Positions 1 to 11,467 of a stretch of 64,000 nt of DNA are shown in pieces. A program made the translations under genes and the position numbers. Numbering within the stretch: the stretch's first letter is position 1; each line of letters starts with the position of its first letter. The notes under the pieces were generated by a model, which worked only from the letters and a program-made list of their open reading frames with translations, made no database searches and was not told the origin of the DNA. Source of the DNA: Bilabrum cf. latius (taxonomy: Eukaryota); assembly GCA_965178125.1 (NCBI GenBank), contig OZ237746.1, forward strand, positions 310,001 to 374,000, read 5' to 3'.

Positions 1-656
1 TTGTAATGCCCATTTGTTAATGAAACAGTTAGAAGACGGTCAAAATGAGTTTTTCCAGATGTGTATTCAAAGTCGCCTACAACATGAATGCGTACTTGAA
101 GTTCGTCTTCTATCTCTGGTATTCTTCTGTAATCAACGGGGTCATCACGTCCAATTTTCAAGAGTTCTTTGAGGTCGGACTTCGACAATCTTTTAATAGT
201 AGTTTTCCATTTGCCTTTTGCGCTCTTTACATTTACCTTACGACCAACTGAAAAAGGAAAAGCCTGTTTTATAGCGTTATATAAACAATCGTTATGTTCG
301 TCAGCACCGCCTTCTGGTTCTGGCTTTCTAATAAGCAGTAGTTCAAAAGAATTCAATTTTCTATATTCGTCGTCATCGTCGTCTTCGTAGCCCGCCCATA
401 AACTATCTTGATTTTCTAAATCATCTGTAGTAATCCAAGTGCTTCGTGTTCGCCAACCTGTATCTTGGTAATTGATATTCACCTTAAATTTAAAGTCATC
501 AAACGGATTTTCACCACCATCGTCGTAATCACGAATAAATTCCAAGACATTTTTTACGGTGATAAGGTCCTCGCTCTCAAATCGCATACTCCATATTGGT
601 TTCCCATTAAGACGCAATTTGGTTCTTTGGGGTTCCGTAAAATCGATTTCGGGCAT
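1..656 (-). CDS. Probable protein-primed family B DNA polymerase, N-terminal region with vOTU-like Cys/His motifs (runs off window)
   Basis: ATG at 656, open to position 1: MPEIDFTEPQ...GGADEHNDCLYNAIK...LTVSLTNGHY. Position next to helicase and integrase matches the mavirus replication module. Polymerase motifs lie outside the window. Confidence 0.55.
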   Translation of the reverse strand, partial: MPEIDFTEPQRTKLRLNGKPIWSMRFESEDLITVKNVLEFIRDYDDGGENPFDDFKFKVNINYQDTGWRTRSTWITTDDLENQDSLWAGYEDDDDDEYRKLNSFELLLIRKPEPEGGADEHNDCLYNAIKQAFPFSVGRKVNVKSAKGKWKTTIKRLSKSDLKELLKIGRDDPVDYRRIPEIEDELQVRIHVVGDFEYTSGKTHFDRLLTVSLTNGHY

Positions 657-675
657 TCTATAGTATCTATTATAT

Positions 676-707
676 TATAGAATACGATAATTATTCTTAA
701 GGTACGA
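676..707 (-). promoter_or_regulatory. Putative promoter motif upstream of pPolB-like gene
   Basis: 32-bp motif, 29/32 identical to 2390-2421; minus strand TCGTACCTTAAG...TCGTATTCTATA, 19 nt before the ATG; contains TCTA. Confidence 0.6.
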
Positions 708-713
708 ACTCAC

Positions 714-2375
714 TCACTTCTCAATTTTACAGAGGAATTTGGAAAGTTTTCCTTTTTTGTTCTTTGGTGGGTTCTCTTTTATCCATTTTTGAATAGCGAT
801 GCTATTCTCAACACTCAGCTGTTTCTGGATTTTCTTATGGACTTGTTCCGTCGGTGTAATCTCCTTTTCTAATTCCAACTATTCAATCGTTTCCTACTGC
901 TATGCGACTTGTTTCTGTAGTTCTCTAATCTACTCTCGAAGAACATCTACCTCGGATTTTGCTTTTTCCATCTCAGCAGAATGACGAAGTGCCTAAAATT
1001 TAGATTGGAAGCCTTTTAGTAAGTCTGCGTGTTTCACATTAAATTCTTGTTTTCTCTATTTGTTCATCGTTGAATGAACACCTACCTCTGACAATAGTGT
1101 TTTAATCATAGGTGTACCAAGGTTCTTCACTCTACCGTTCAGTTCCTGCTTTAGATAATTGCGGAATTCCAAGACTGTCATTTTAAAATCTCTGCCTTCG
1201 TCCAGCCACTCTTCTTTTAGAATTTTTAAAACCGGATGTGCGCCATCAAGAATTCCTTTGTAAAAATTCTTTGATTTTGGTGCGAATTGTCCTGTAAAGT
1301 CTGGTGATTTATCATAGATTTCAACCAATAACATATAAAATGCCTTAGCCACTTCTGGATTTTCTGTAAAACGTTTTAGTGTTGTAAAGTATTCTTTGTC
1401 TCCTTTCTTTGATGTATTCACATCCAAAACACAATATCTACGGATTTCCTCGGTGATTTTGATTGGACTATCATTCGTATCAATAATTAGATTGAATGTA
1501 TTCGGACGACTTTCGGATTTGACAAACTTCTCATTACAGGAAAAGTGTTTTTCCGTAATAAGATTTCTTAGTGTTGCCTACATGGCGTCCCAAATAGTTG
1601 GCGAGGCTTTTGGAATTTCATTAAAATTGACTAATAGTTTCCCGTCCAGAATTGAGTTGAAGGCGTCGGGTTGAAGCATCTTGTGTGTAAGCGTCTATAG
1701 TGTAAGGGTATATCCGAGTAGTTTTCTCATAAGGAAGGTAATAATCATCGATTTACCAGTTCCTTGTGGAGATTTCAAATATAGTGCTGTTCCCAACTTC
1801 TTTCCGCCCACAATAACGTGAGCCAACCATTTCATCACAAAATCACACTATTCTTTGTCTTCTGAAGTCCACACCTTCTGGATATGTTCATAAATCATAG
1901 TCGCGCCTGCTTTTGCGTCTTCGGATAAATCCTCTATGTTTCCACAGTTTTCCCGTGTAAGTATAGGTGAACCCATAACGTTAATTGTTTGATTGTCGTA
2001 ATCCACGGTAGGTGAATTAAATTTTCTTACAATCGTAAATACGTCGGTATTCTCATTTAAGAACCAGTCTCGTGCTGACCAAGTCTTTACTCTTTTGTTG
2101 CCCACAATCGCGTAAATACAGTGTCCCCCAATCAGGTAATTTTCAGTAATATTTTTATTCGTAAGGAACTACCAGACTGGTTTCTGGGGTTCGTCATCAC
2201 TTATGTTATTCCGATTTAATTCAGATGCTATTAGAAAATACACCCCGCCACCTTGCTCGTGGGTGCGGTAGAAGTATTGTCTAAGGTATTGAATACATTC
2301 CTCTTGTTTTCCGGCATTACATAGGTCCATAAGGCTTTTTGACGAATACGCTTTAGTCGGCAGAGTGAATGACAT
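714..2375 (-). CDS. Superfamily 3 (D5-like) helicase, 553 aa with TAG=Gln
   Basis: One frame joins ORFs 2169-2375, 1848-2105 and 1056-1427 through TAG codons only. Walker A KSPQGTGKS, Walker B LVNFNE, motif C IIDTN, C-terminal coiled coil, TGA stop. Confidence 0.88.
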
Positions 2376-2389
2376 TTTTGTTGTTGTAC

Positions 2390-2421
2390 TATAGAATACG
2401 AAAATAATCCTTAAGGTACGA
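2390..2421 (-). promoter_or_regulatory. Putative promoter motif upstream of helicase gene
   Basis: Second copy of the 32-bp motif, 14 nt before the ATG at 2375. Confidence 0.6.
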
Positions 2422-2432
2422 TACGGGGCATC

Positions 2433-3488
2433 TCAATTTTCTATATCCCACTCCAAAATTAAATTAGGAGCAATTTCTTGGATTTTATTCTTTGGTTCCC
2501 ACGTCCAATGTTCTGGTTCTGGAAAATCTTTCCATTCTATTTGATATTCTGTTTCGTTCTCGGATTTTATTTTTTTTGGCAGAAAGATTGTCTGAGCATC
2601 TCGGTTATTGTCCTCATTATCAAAGTCGATAATCTGTAATTCCTCTTTTGGATAAGCCACTAAATCATCCTAATCCACAACATATAAGGGTGGTTGTCTC
2701 GGTCTTAGTAATACTTTAGTTATCGTTTTGATTTCTGGATTATAGCGTAAATCTGAAGCACGAAAATTTCCGGATAATTTTTGCTGTAAATTTGTAGCCT
2801 TTCTGGGTTCTTCTAATGGTATACGAACTCTTGTACCCTCTTCCAATATATTACAAGCGTCTCCTTTACACTACGTAAAGTCGAAGTGTTCTGGGGGTAA
2901 AGGTGGTTCTTCTATATACTTTTCTAGTTGATATTCATTATAGTTTTCAATGATGTTTGGAAGCATATCCACCCATTCTACGCTTTCATTACCTGTATTT
3001 AACTCATTAACGTTCTATAGGGTAAATATGGCTTTTCCCAACGTTTTATTTAGGTTTTCCACTAATGCTTGTTGTCGGTGGCGACCTGCTTTATTTCTTC
3101 GTACAAATACATCGCTCTCTTCTAAATATCTTTGTAAAGCGTTAAATTCTTTTCCATTATCTATTTCCAAACGGTGCTGCGGTTTCTGGACATTACCACG
3201 ATTGAAAATCTTTTTTGATGCCTTTAATACTTCGTTCTAACGCTTGGTTTTGAGCGGTTCAGCATCGGCCTACTTTGTATGTAAATCAATAGCAGTTAAT
3301 GCGTATTTATAATTATTGTCGTGGGGTAATGATAATAAATCCATTTGTACCACTTGGTGAGGTTCTGGTACATTTACGTGGGGTCGATTTACTCCTTTGG
3401 GTCGTTTTGGTCGTTTCATTAAATTTACAATACGACTGTTGGGATAAATGTTTAGGGATTGTAATATTCTTTCAAAGGCGCTACTCAT
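2433..3488 (-). CDS. Retroviral-type (rve) integrase with C-terminal chromodomain, 351 aa
   Basis: QMDLL...IDNGKEF...QALVENLNKTL DDE motifs; YQIEWKDFPEPEHWTWEP chromodomain; in-frame TAGs; TGA stop. Confidence 0.9.
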
Positions 3489-3673
3489 TTGCTATATAGT
3501 TCTTTAATAGAGGTATGCTTTTCCTTGCTTAATTTTAATATTTCTTTGTATCCTATATTGTCAAAATTTTTCAATCAATTTTTGTGTTTTTAATTGGAAA
3601 ACAATTATAATTTGTTTTTTATTTTCCTTTTAATTTTTATGGTGGCATCATAGGAATTACAACATTTAATTTT

Positions 3674-4010
3674 AATCTTTGAAAAAGATATCAAAAGAGC
3701 GGAGGGCAAAGCCCGAGCATCTTGGGAACTTAATTTATTTTTTCTAAGTCTCTTATAATTGACCTGTAAAATCTCTCAATTTTAATCTTTGAAAAAGATA
3801 TCAAAAGAGCGGAGGGCAAAGCCCGAGCATCTTGGGGGACTTTTCCAAAGGGACTTAAAATACGTTTTCGTTTTCCTTATAATGTATCATCTCTTGGGTA
3901 ATCGGTTTGGTTGCTTCGGAGAACAATTTAGTCGCTTGGGAAATCCTTGGGAAATCCAATCTTTGAAAAAGATATCAAAAGAGCGGAGGGCAAAGCCCGA
4001 GCATCTTGGG
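3674..4010. repeat. Three identical 53-bp direct repeats in the terminal region of element A
   Basis: aatctttgaaaaagatatcaaaagagcggagggcaaagcccgagcatcttggg at 3674, 3784 and 3958; internal gggc-aaa-gccc hairpin; followed by a ~3x 12-bp repeat near 4020-4058. Confidence 0.9.
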
Positions 4011-4500
4011 AAATCCTTGGTCGGTTCATCGGTCGGTTCATCGGTCGGTTTATCGGTTTGTCGCTTGGGAACATACCTCGGTCTCTTGATAAAATACCTT
4101 GTTCTCTTGGGGAAATCCTCGGTTGGTCTCTTGGTCTCTTGGGAATTCATCCTTCCGTTCCTACAGCAAACACAGAGATATTTTGGACACTTGGTTAATT
4201 TCTTCATTTTTTCCTACTTTACTAAAACATCTCTGTCTTTGCTGTTAGAGTTTATAAGGGGGTTAAATATTAGAATTCTTCAATTTACCCCTACTTCGTA
4301 GGAGTAAATTTTATATCTGAAAATGGGTACATAGAGGGGTTCTATAGGGGTTCTTGGGGAACCCCCTGTGAAATCATTTAGGTTTATAGGGGAAACACTT
4401 GAGTTGCTAAATATGCCTTTAAAGGAGGGGCGAGCGTAGCGTAGCCCTCGTCCTAAACGCTTGGTGTACCTACCACCACCTGTTGTCCCCCCCGGTTTCT

Positions 4501-4940
4501 TCACTGTTCATAACTTCAGTAGGTTCAGCCCATTCATAAACTTTTACTGTAAAAGGCTATCCATTAATTGTTAAAACACCACCTTGAAGCATTTTAAAGG
4601 TAGGTAATGAATTAGTTCCAAACCTAGATTTAAGATAAGATTGAGCGGTAATAGCATCACCTCCAGCAGTTTGAGCTGGCACTGCTTGCTCTAGTTGTAG
4701 CCTAACTGTCATACGATGACGAAGACGAATAAACCTTGATACGGTTTTACTAGTAGGATTAACGGGGAAAGAAAGGGGAAGAAGAGAATTAGATTGATTA
4801 GATGATGGTCTAATTTCTCGGCGGGTATATTTTTGAACACCTAGTTCTGTTCCTAAACTAGCATCTTCAGGGGTTATCATTTGAAGGCTTTTAGGAGCCT
4901 TAATGCTTACTGGTAAATTCTGAACCATTTGTTGAGCCAT
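4501..4940 (-). pseudogene. Major capsid protein, 5' ~146 codons, interrupted by element A
   Basis: Fourth gene of the morphogenesis cassette. Beta-strand-like N-terminus (TVSRFIRLRHRMTVRL...VLTINGQPFTV) reads through TAG 4557 and runs into element A terminal DNA at ~4500. Confidence 0.7.
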
Positions 4941-5011
4941 TTTTTTATATATACACTATAGATATAAATTTTTTAATATCTAAACATATTTTATAATCTT
5001 CTATAATTTAT

Positions 5012-5965
5012 TTAAAAATCTAAACTTAAATTATCGGTTTGTTTTTTAAATACTTGTTTAATGTGAGCTTCACCCCCGTTAAAATTCATTACGGGATACT
5101 TTTCATTTTGTTTATCAACCCAGTAGAACGCCATTGACACGCTCTTAAAGCTTCTATCCTTCATCATTGAATACCAGCGGTAAGGATTAGAAACATATAA
5201 TATATTTTCTATTGGTGAGCTGTCATTAGGATTATACGGGTAGCTGGTTAATATAGGGGATTTATTGACGGCTATAGAGCCACCAGTAGATGATTTTGTG
5301 GTCACCAATTCTTTATTCACTGGAATATCACTTTCTACGATAATAGATTTAACAGGGCACCAAGAATTTAAATTCGTCTATCTAGCCATAAAAACATAAT
5401 CACCACTAGCAGGGGAATTATTATATGAAAGTTTAGCAAATAAATCACTCGGTGTGGTTGTTATTCCTTCATATTCAAATTTATCAAATAAAGCAAAAGC
5501 TTCAAAATTAACAAATAAATAATAATTATCTCTAAAATCTTCAGTTGTTGATAAACTCCATTTATTATTTTCAAATTTAAAGACTGGTTTATCACCACTT
5601 GGAAGGCTTACCAAATCACAAATTCGGCTTAACTCTTCATTAAATTCATTTACAATATCCTAATATGAATAATAAAATTTAGCTTTTTTACCTAGAACTA
5701 TATAATCGCCTGCTCTGGCTCCTGATGTTTTATTCTCAAGAGTAAATTTTAAATAGGTTTTACCGCTGTCATCCTAATATTCAGGTTTAAACACCGGTAG
5801 CATAAATTTATTTAAATCCATCTCTTCAACAGCCGTTAAATAATTTTCACTTTGTTTTAATATTAAGCCTTCACGGGTTTCATTCACTACCGCCTATCTC
5901 GTCTAATTGTGGGGGACAGATGAACTAACTAAATTCAATCTTACAAATTCATCGCTATAACTCAT
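5012..5965 (-). CDS. Minor capsid (penton) protein, 317 aa
   Basis: ATG 5965 to TAA 5012 with TAG read as Gln; WCPVKSII-SDIPV, PYRW and FYWVDK-YP motifs; lies between protease and MCP. Confidence 0.82.
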
Positions 5966-6108
5966 TTTATTTATATATTAAAGCTATACAAATAAATATT
6001 TATTAATAAACCTTATCTAATATTTCATCTTGATTTTTACCCTTCACTTTTACCAATATATTTAAAAGTTTGATTGAATTTAGATGGATGAAAAATTGCC
6101 CTTCTAAA

Positions 6109-6240
6109 ACGATGGAACTTTTCTAAATAAAAGGGCTTATATCTTCATTTCACCTTCACAAGAGGCCCTACATCCACGTTTTGCTAGAAAACACTATAAT
6201 ATATACGCAATTTGTGGATATAGCCATCGTATGGATTTTA
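6109..6240 (-). ncRNA. Candidate structured RNA, copy 1
   Basis: Intergenic; homologous to 26654-26783; stems ACGATGG/CCATCGT, CTATATCCAC/GTGGATGTAG and AGGGC/GCCCT on minus strand. Confidence 0.45.
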
Positions 6241-6301
6241 TTTTAGAGATAATCATATTTTATTATTTTATTCTAGCCCTTTTATTAGATGGTCGGAGTA
6301 T

Positions 6302-6877
6302 TCAATGTAGAAGCAACGCCACTAACTAATCAGGACTAAGAGCCATAATTTTGGATATTCTAAACATTTCATTTACAAACTAATCATTTGATAAGAAAGA
6401 AAAAGCGTTTCTTAATAGAGCCCATCTTCCACACGTAGCGCTGTTGTTAGCATAACTCTAAATCGGTTTATGATTATAATCAATTTTCCAACCTTCCATT
6501 TTCTAATCAATTAAATACTTTACCAGCGTATTTTCTTCTCCTTCTCCTTGATACAATTGGTCTCTATTAATAAATGGTTTCTATTGGTCGGGTTTTTCTC
6601 CATAGCTATCAAAGAAGTATATTATTTTGCTTGATGGTTTTCTGGTCAATGAAATGAAATGACCGTATGTGCTATTTAGTCCCGTCTTTTTATTAGGATA
6701 ATAAATAATTACGCCGTCATAACCATCAAAAATATGTTCAATAGATGAGGTCTATTTAATAATATCATCGTAAATAACTATTCTAGGTTTGTAATTCAAA
6801 TGTGCTACACCTAATTTTTGAATTTCTAAAGGAGATAACGGTGTTTGGACTAGTCTATTTAAGTCGTTTATGTTCAT
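6302..6877 (-). CDS. Adenain/Ulp1-like virion maturation cysteine protease, 191 aa
   Basis: His (YGHF), Asp (FFDSYG), oxyanion Gln encoded by TAG at 6458-6460 and Cys (SATCGRW); absent from the standard-code ORF track; TGA stop. Confidence 0.9.
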
Positions 6878-6885
6878 TTATATAT

Positions 6886-7956
6886 TCAATAGAGAAATAT
6901 TTTTTTTGTGCTAACTACATAATTATTATCAACATTAATAGCAACATAACCAAAGAGAGGGAGAGAATGAAGGGTTTTTTTAATTCGTTTTCTAGTAGGA
7001 GCGTCAAAACTTAAGACTGTTTCTAAAATATATTTTAAACTTTTAGCTGTAATTGTTTTATAAATGATATGGGTTGTAATTTCGTTCATAATGGTTCGTG
7101 TCTTCATACCGTCGCTTATTTTGTGGGTGATGTCTAAAACGCTACTTGCTGTGTGCCTTCCTGTAGTTGCTAGGATTTCCAATAAAAAATAAGCCTTTGC
7201 TTTCTGGTTCCTTTTTTTAAAGCCTTCGTAATCATCCAGAATAAATAAATTAGGTTCAGCGGTCAATTTTTTAAAAAACTCAACATTTAATTTAAAACCT
7301 TTTTCTATTAAATCTTTCTCAGGTTTCAAATCCTCTATCTTTCTTTCAGCTTCAATAACAACATCTAAAGGTTTAGATTTCATCAAAGAAGATTTTTTAT
7401 ATTTAAATTCTAATTTCATTTTTTTATAATAAGCCATTTTTTCCTTATATAAAGTGTTTTCATTCTCTTTAACCAAATCATCTATATCAATGAAGGTCGC
7501 GCCTTCTCTTTTATATTTAGGGTCTTGAATTGGTGATATAACATACATATTTTTATATTTTAATCCTCTATACATCCTTATATAATGTAAAGCTAAATGA
7601 CTTTTCCCGCTTCCACTCTTACCAAATAATCGCACATATTCACGCCCCTATGGAAAGAGCATAGGAAAAGGTAAATATTGACTATTATCTTTAATCGCAA
7701 ATTCCTAAACTGACCGTATATATTCATCTTGTAATAGTTTATGTAATTGTTCCCTTTTCTTGTCCTTATCAACGTTATATCTTACTCGGCTTTCTCCGTA
7801 ATAAGATTTTAAAACATCATCTGTTATCTCTTCCGCTTTGACGTGTTGAATATCTTTAGCGTTCGGGTCGTAATAAATAAACCGGTTCTATTGTGTTTTT
7901 TTATATTTTTGAATAGCTACAATATGGCTATTTTCCGTATATTGTAAAGATAGCAT
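6886..7956 (-). CDS. FtsK/HerA-family (A32-like) DNA packaging ATPase, 356 aa
   Basis: Walker A GKSGSGKS, Walker B LFILDD, TGRH motif; N-terminus extends to ATG 7956 across two TAGs. Confidence 0.9.
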
Positions 7957-8048
7957 TATATATAATAATAAAATAAAATAAACCATTTATTCACACGGGT
8001 TTAAAATATTAAGTTGGTTCCTTCTTCTATCCTTCCTCACAAAAAAAG

Positions 8049-8864
8049 TTATAGAGACATAATTATATTTTTAATTTCCGCCCGTGTTTTCCTATTTATG
8101 TATTGGTCAATCCACGATATTATCTTATTAATATTTGCTTTAGAATACTTTGAAAATTGTTTTATTATTTCCACATTTCCTAATGCTTTTCTCATTAGTC
8201 CTTTTAGGCTTTGAAATGATTTTGACTTCTCGCTTTGATGTCCTTTTATTCTTAGCATACTTTCTAATCGCATTCTTATGGAATATAAATATCCTAATGC
8301 TTCCCTATCAATTAAATCATTGACTCTTTTTTCATTCCTCTTCTCACCTCTTAATTTAAATAAATCCTTCAATCGTTTTAATACTTTAAAATTATTAGAA
8401 CCAAAGTATTTATCTACATCTCTTATTAATCCATCTTTTACCTCGTCCTAATCTATTTCATAATCACTTATATGATAAATTATGCTTATTTCATCTATAA
8501 ATTTTCCATCAAAAGCCCAAAAATCAATTTTTAAGTATGGTTTATCTCCGCTAAATATCTATTTATAAATGGTTTTAACGGGTGTAGATATGAATGCTTT
8601 TATGGTCTTGTATTTTTTATTACCAGCTTTAACCTCAATAAAATTAACCTAACTTATAAAAACCTTTACAAATCTTATTAAACTATTTATAAATTCAGGC
8701 TCTACCCTCTAATATAAATCTATATCACTAGCAAACAAGGAATAATAAGGAATAGCATACGAACCATTTAAAAATAAATTAGCCCCCTTCTTAAAATTCA
8801 CCTCATCAAATATATCGTTCTCGTATTCATTAAAATAAGCTTGTGTCAATTCATTAATTTTCAT
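8049..8864 (-). CDS. Pol-beta-superfamily nucleotidyltransferase-like protein, 271 aa
   Basis: LNGSYAIPYYSLFASDIDL fits the hGS-x(n)-DhDh signature; later LKIDF; several in-frame TAGs; TAA stop. Confidence 0.6.
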
Positions 8865-8921
8865 TATATATTATAAGTATGGATAAATAACAAATTATAT
8901 ATACCCAATATATACAATAAT

Positions 8922-9311
8922 ATGAGCGTTAAATAGAGCATAAATGATATGACAAATAAAAGCCTTCATCATCTTGGAATAAACAGAAATGATTATAAAA
9001 AAGAAATTGATAAAATGGTTGAAGATACCGCAAACCAAATATTAAACGCAACCACAAAAGGAAAGACAAAAGGGGGAGCTGTAAACTTTCTTGGTGGATA
9101 GCCGAACGTTCTCGCTGGAGGTCCCAATTATCTCGCTGGAGGAAAAAAGAAGGGTTCAAAGAAAGCCCCTAAAGCTAAAAAGCCCCGTAGTGCTAAATAG
9201 TTAAAGAGGGATAAATTAATGAAATGGTGCCGTCAAAAGGGAATGACAATGAAAGCCAGCAATGCTTTTATAAAGAAACACGACCTTATGAATAAGGATA
9301 TTTCATTTTAA
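8922..9311 (+). CDS. Small basic protein with repeated diglycine motifs (putative virion core protein), 129 aa
   Basis: ATG 8922 to TAA 9311 with three TAGs; TKGGA, FLGGQ, LAGGP, LAGGK followed by KKKGSKKAPKAKKPR. Confidence 0.7.
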
Positions 9312-9388
9312 AAGACAGCCTACCAATTGACAAATTATCTCTTAAGTTTATAAATTATTAATTATATCATTAATAATATATATATACA

Positions 9389-11467
9389 ATGTCAAACAAT
9401 ACAATTAATGATTTACTGAAGGGTATTATGTAGAAACGGTCTAATCAACTTAGGATACAAAATGACCCACAAGTTAGATTAATGATATAGCAAGAAGAAG
9501 ATGAAGCAGAAGCCAGAAGAAAAACCCTAAAAGATGATGCTTTTCTTCGTGCTAATTATGTTCCTATTGATGTTAGAATTGAAAGACAACAACAACAACA
9601 AGGAATTGAAAATATTATTAAAAATATTAAGACTATGAACGCTAAAAAAGAATTACCAATTTATCAAATAGAAAATTTACAATCATTTATAAATAGAAAT
9701 CCAGATTTACCGGATAAATTAAAAAGATAGGTTGTAGATACCATTAATAATATTAATGTAAGGTAGGTAGTAGGACCAGCAAGCGATAAGAAAAAGGTAT
9801 TTGATGGAATTAAAAATATTAATATGAGATTATTTACAACCACTAAAGCACAACGGGACGCAGTATTAGAACAATTACCAAGCGATATGAGAGGATTAAA
9901 AGCAGTTCAAATACGAAACGCTTTACGACAAGCTGGAATCACGAAAACCCCCCAAGGGTAGAATGTTTCACAATTAACTAAAGTTGATGACGCTGTTAAT
10001 GCTTTATAGGATGTGTTAAATCCTCCTGAAGCCGTTCAACAATAGCAAAGAGATGACCCGCAACCTGATAGACCTGAACCAGATAACCCGCAACCGCCAC
10101 CAGAACCAAGACCAAAACCCCCTCCAACACCACAAGAAGCATTAAGCCCAGAACTACAAGAACAAATTGAAGCACTTGAAAGAGTAGCAAACGCCAATCC
10201 TTCAAGTAGTAGAAAAGCACCAAAGAAAACCGAACTAGCATCAATACTCAGATAGTCAAATGTTAAAGGTGTAAAAGGACGGTCTAAAGTTGATTTTATA
10301 AAAAGTGCTTAGAAGAAATTATCAGAACTTAAACAAAAAGCACAAGAACAAGAGGCATCACAATCATCAGGACAAGAAGAAGAAGGGGAGAACGCCAGTA
10401 GAAATTTATCAGGCTAGTTTTCAAAAGTATCACCCGCACCAGTTCCACCTAGTGGATTCTTACAAGCATCACCAGAACCACAAGGACAATCACCAGAACA
10501 AGAACAAGGACAATCACCAGAACAACAACAAAGCACATTTGGTTCTTTAGGACAATCGGTTATGGATGGTATCAGTTATTTAACAGGAAAAACAGGCTCA
10601 CAACCACAAGCACCCCCCGCAGGTCAAGACAGAGGAAAAGGTGAAGCGATGGCAGTAGATGAAGATGGAGAACCTATTACAGATGAATTTGGAAGACAAC
10701 TTACAGAAGTTCAATTCAGACAAAGACAAGCACAGGCAGAACGAGATGAAGCACAAAGACAACAAGAAGAAAAAGAAAGACAAGCTAGAGAACGGAGGGG
10801 AGCCCCAGATGAAGAACCAAGAGATGGAGAAGCCGTAGAACCAGCACAACAAGCACAACCAGCAGAACCAGCACAAGAACCAGCAGAACCACAAGAACCA
10901 CAGAAAACAGATGATGAAATAGCCAAATCAATAGGACAATCAATAAATGCTAAAGGCAATAAAAATGAAATATTATCATAGTTAAAAGCAAGAGGAATAA
11001 ATCCAACAGACGCCAGCCCAACAATTAACACTTTAAAATATATTATACGAAGGCTTAAAGCCGGAGTCTTACAACCTAATTTATCAACTGATGCTGTTAG
11101 GTCTTTAGTAGCTAGAGCAAATACAGAAGGAAGAGCAACCAGAAGTGATAGAACATTAGCAAAATCAAGACTAAACGATACGGGATATGAATTAAGCGGG
11201 AAGCCTCAATGGACATATTCACCACCAGCTCAAGGTTTCGGAAATAAAGACCCTTATAATATGTTAATGAAAGCTATTAATTTAATTATTGATTAGAAAA
11301 TAAAAACATAGAACAGGGGCGGTAGTTGTGGATGTGGCAAGCATAAAGGAGGACAAATTGAACAAGAATATTTTAATATAGCCGGTGGTAAAGGTAATCA
11401 TAATGTGAAGGACAAGGTAAAACAAATCTTATATCAACACTTTGAAAAACTAAGATTATTAAAATAA
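9389..11467 (+). CDS. Large Gln/Glu/Pro-rich hypothetical viral protein, 692 aa
   Basis: Single frame open except for many TAGs, often within Gln-rich runs (VQQ*QRDD); includes ORF 10562-10981; TAA stop. Confidence 0.78.

Larger units (their letters stand above)
1..4500 (-). mobile_element. Endogenous virophage/Polinton-like element A, right-hand part (continues left of window)
   Basis: AT-rich block with co-oriented rve integrase, SF3 helicase and pPolB-like N-terminus, then ~1 kb non-coding repeat-rich terminal region ending ...cccggtttct at 4500, where it interrupts the capsid ORF of element B. Confidence 0.8.

Noticed and set aside
3674-4010. CRISPR array
   Set aside because: Only three 53-bp units, very unequal spacers, no cas genes, eukaryotic viral context.
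3789-4504. ORFs in the terminal region of element A
   Set aside because: They translate DNA repeats on both strands and show no protein motifs; likely non-coding TIR.
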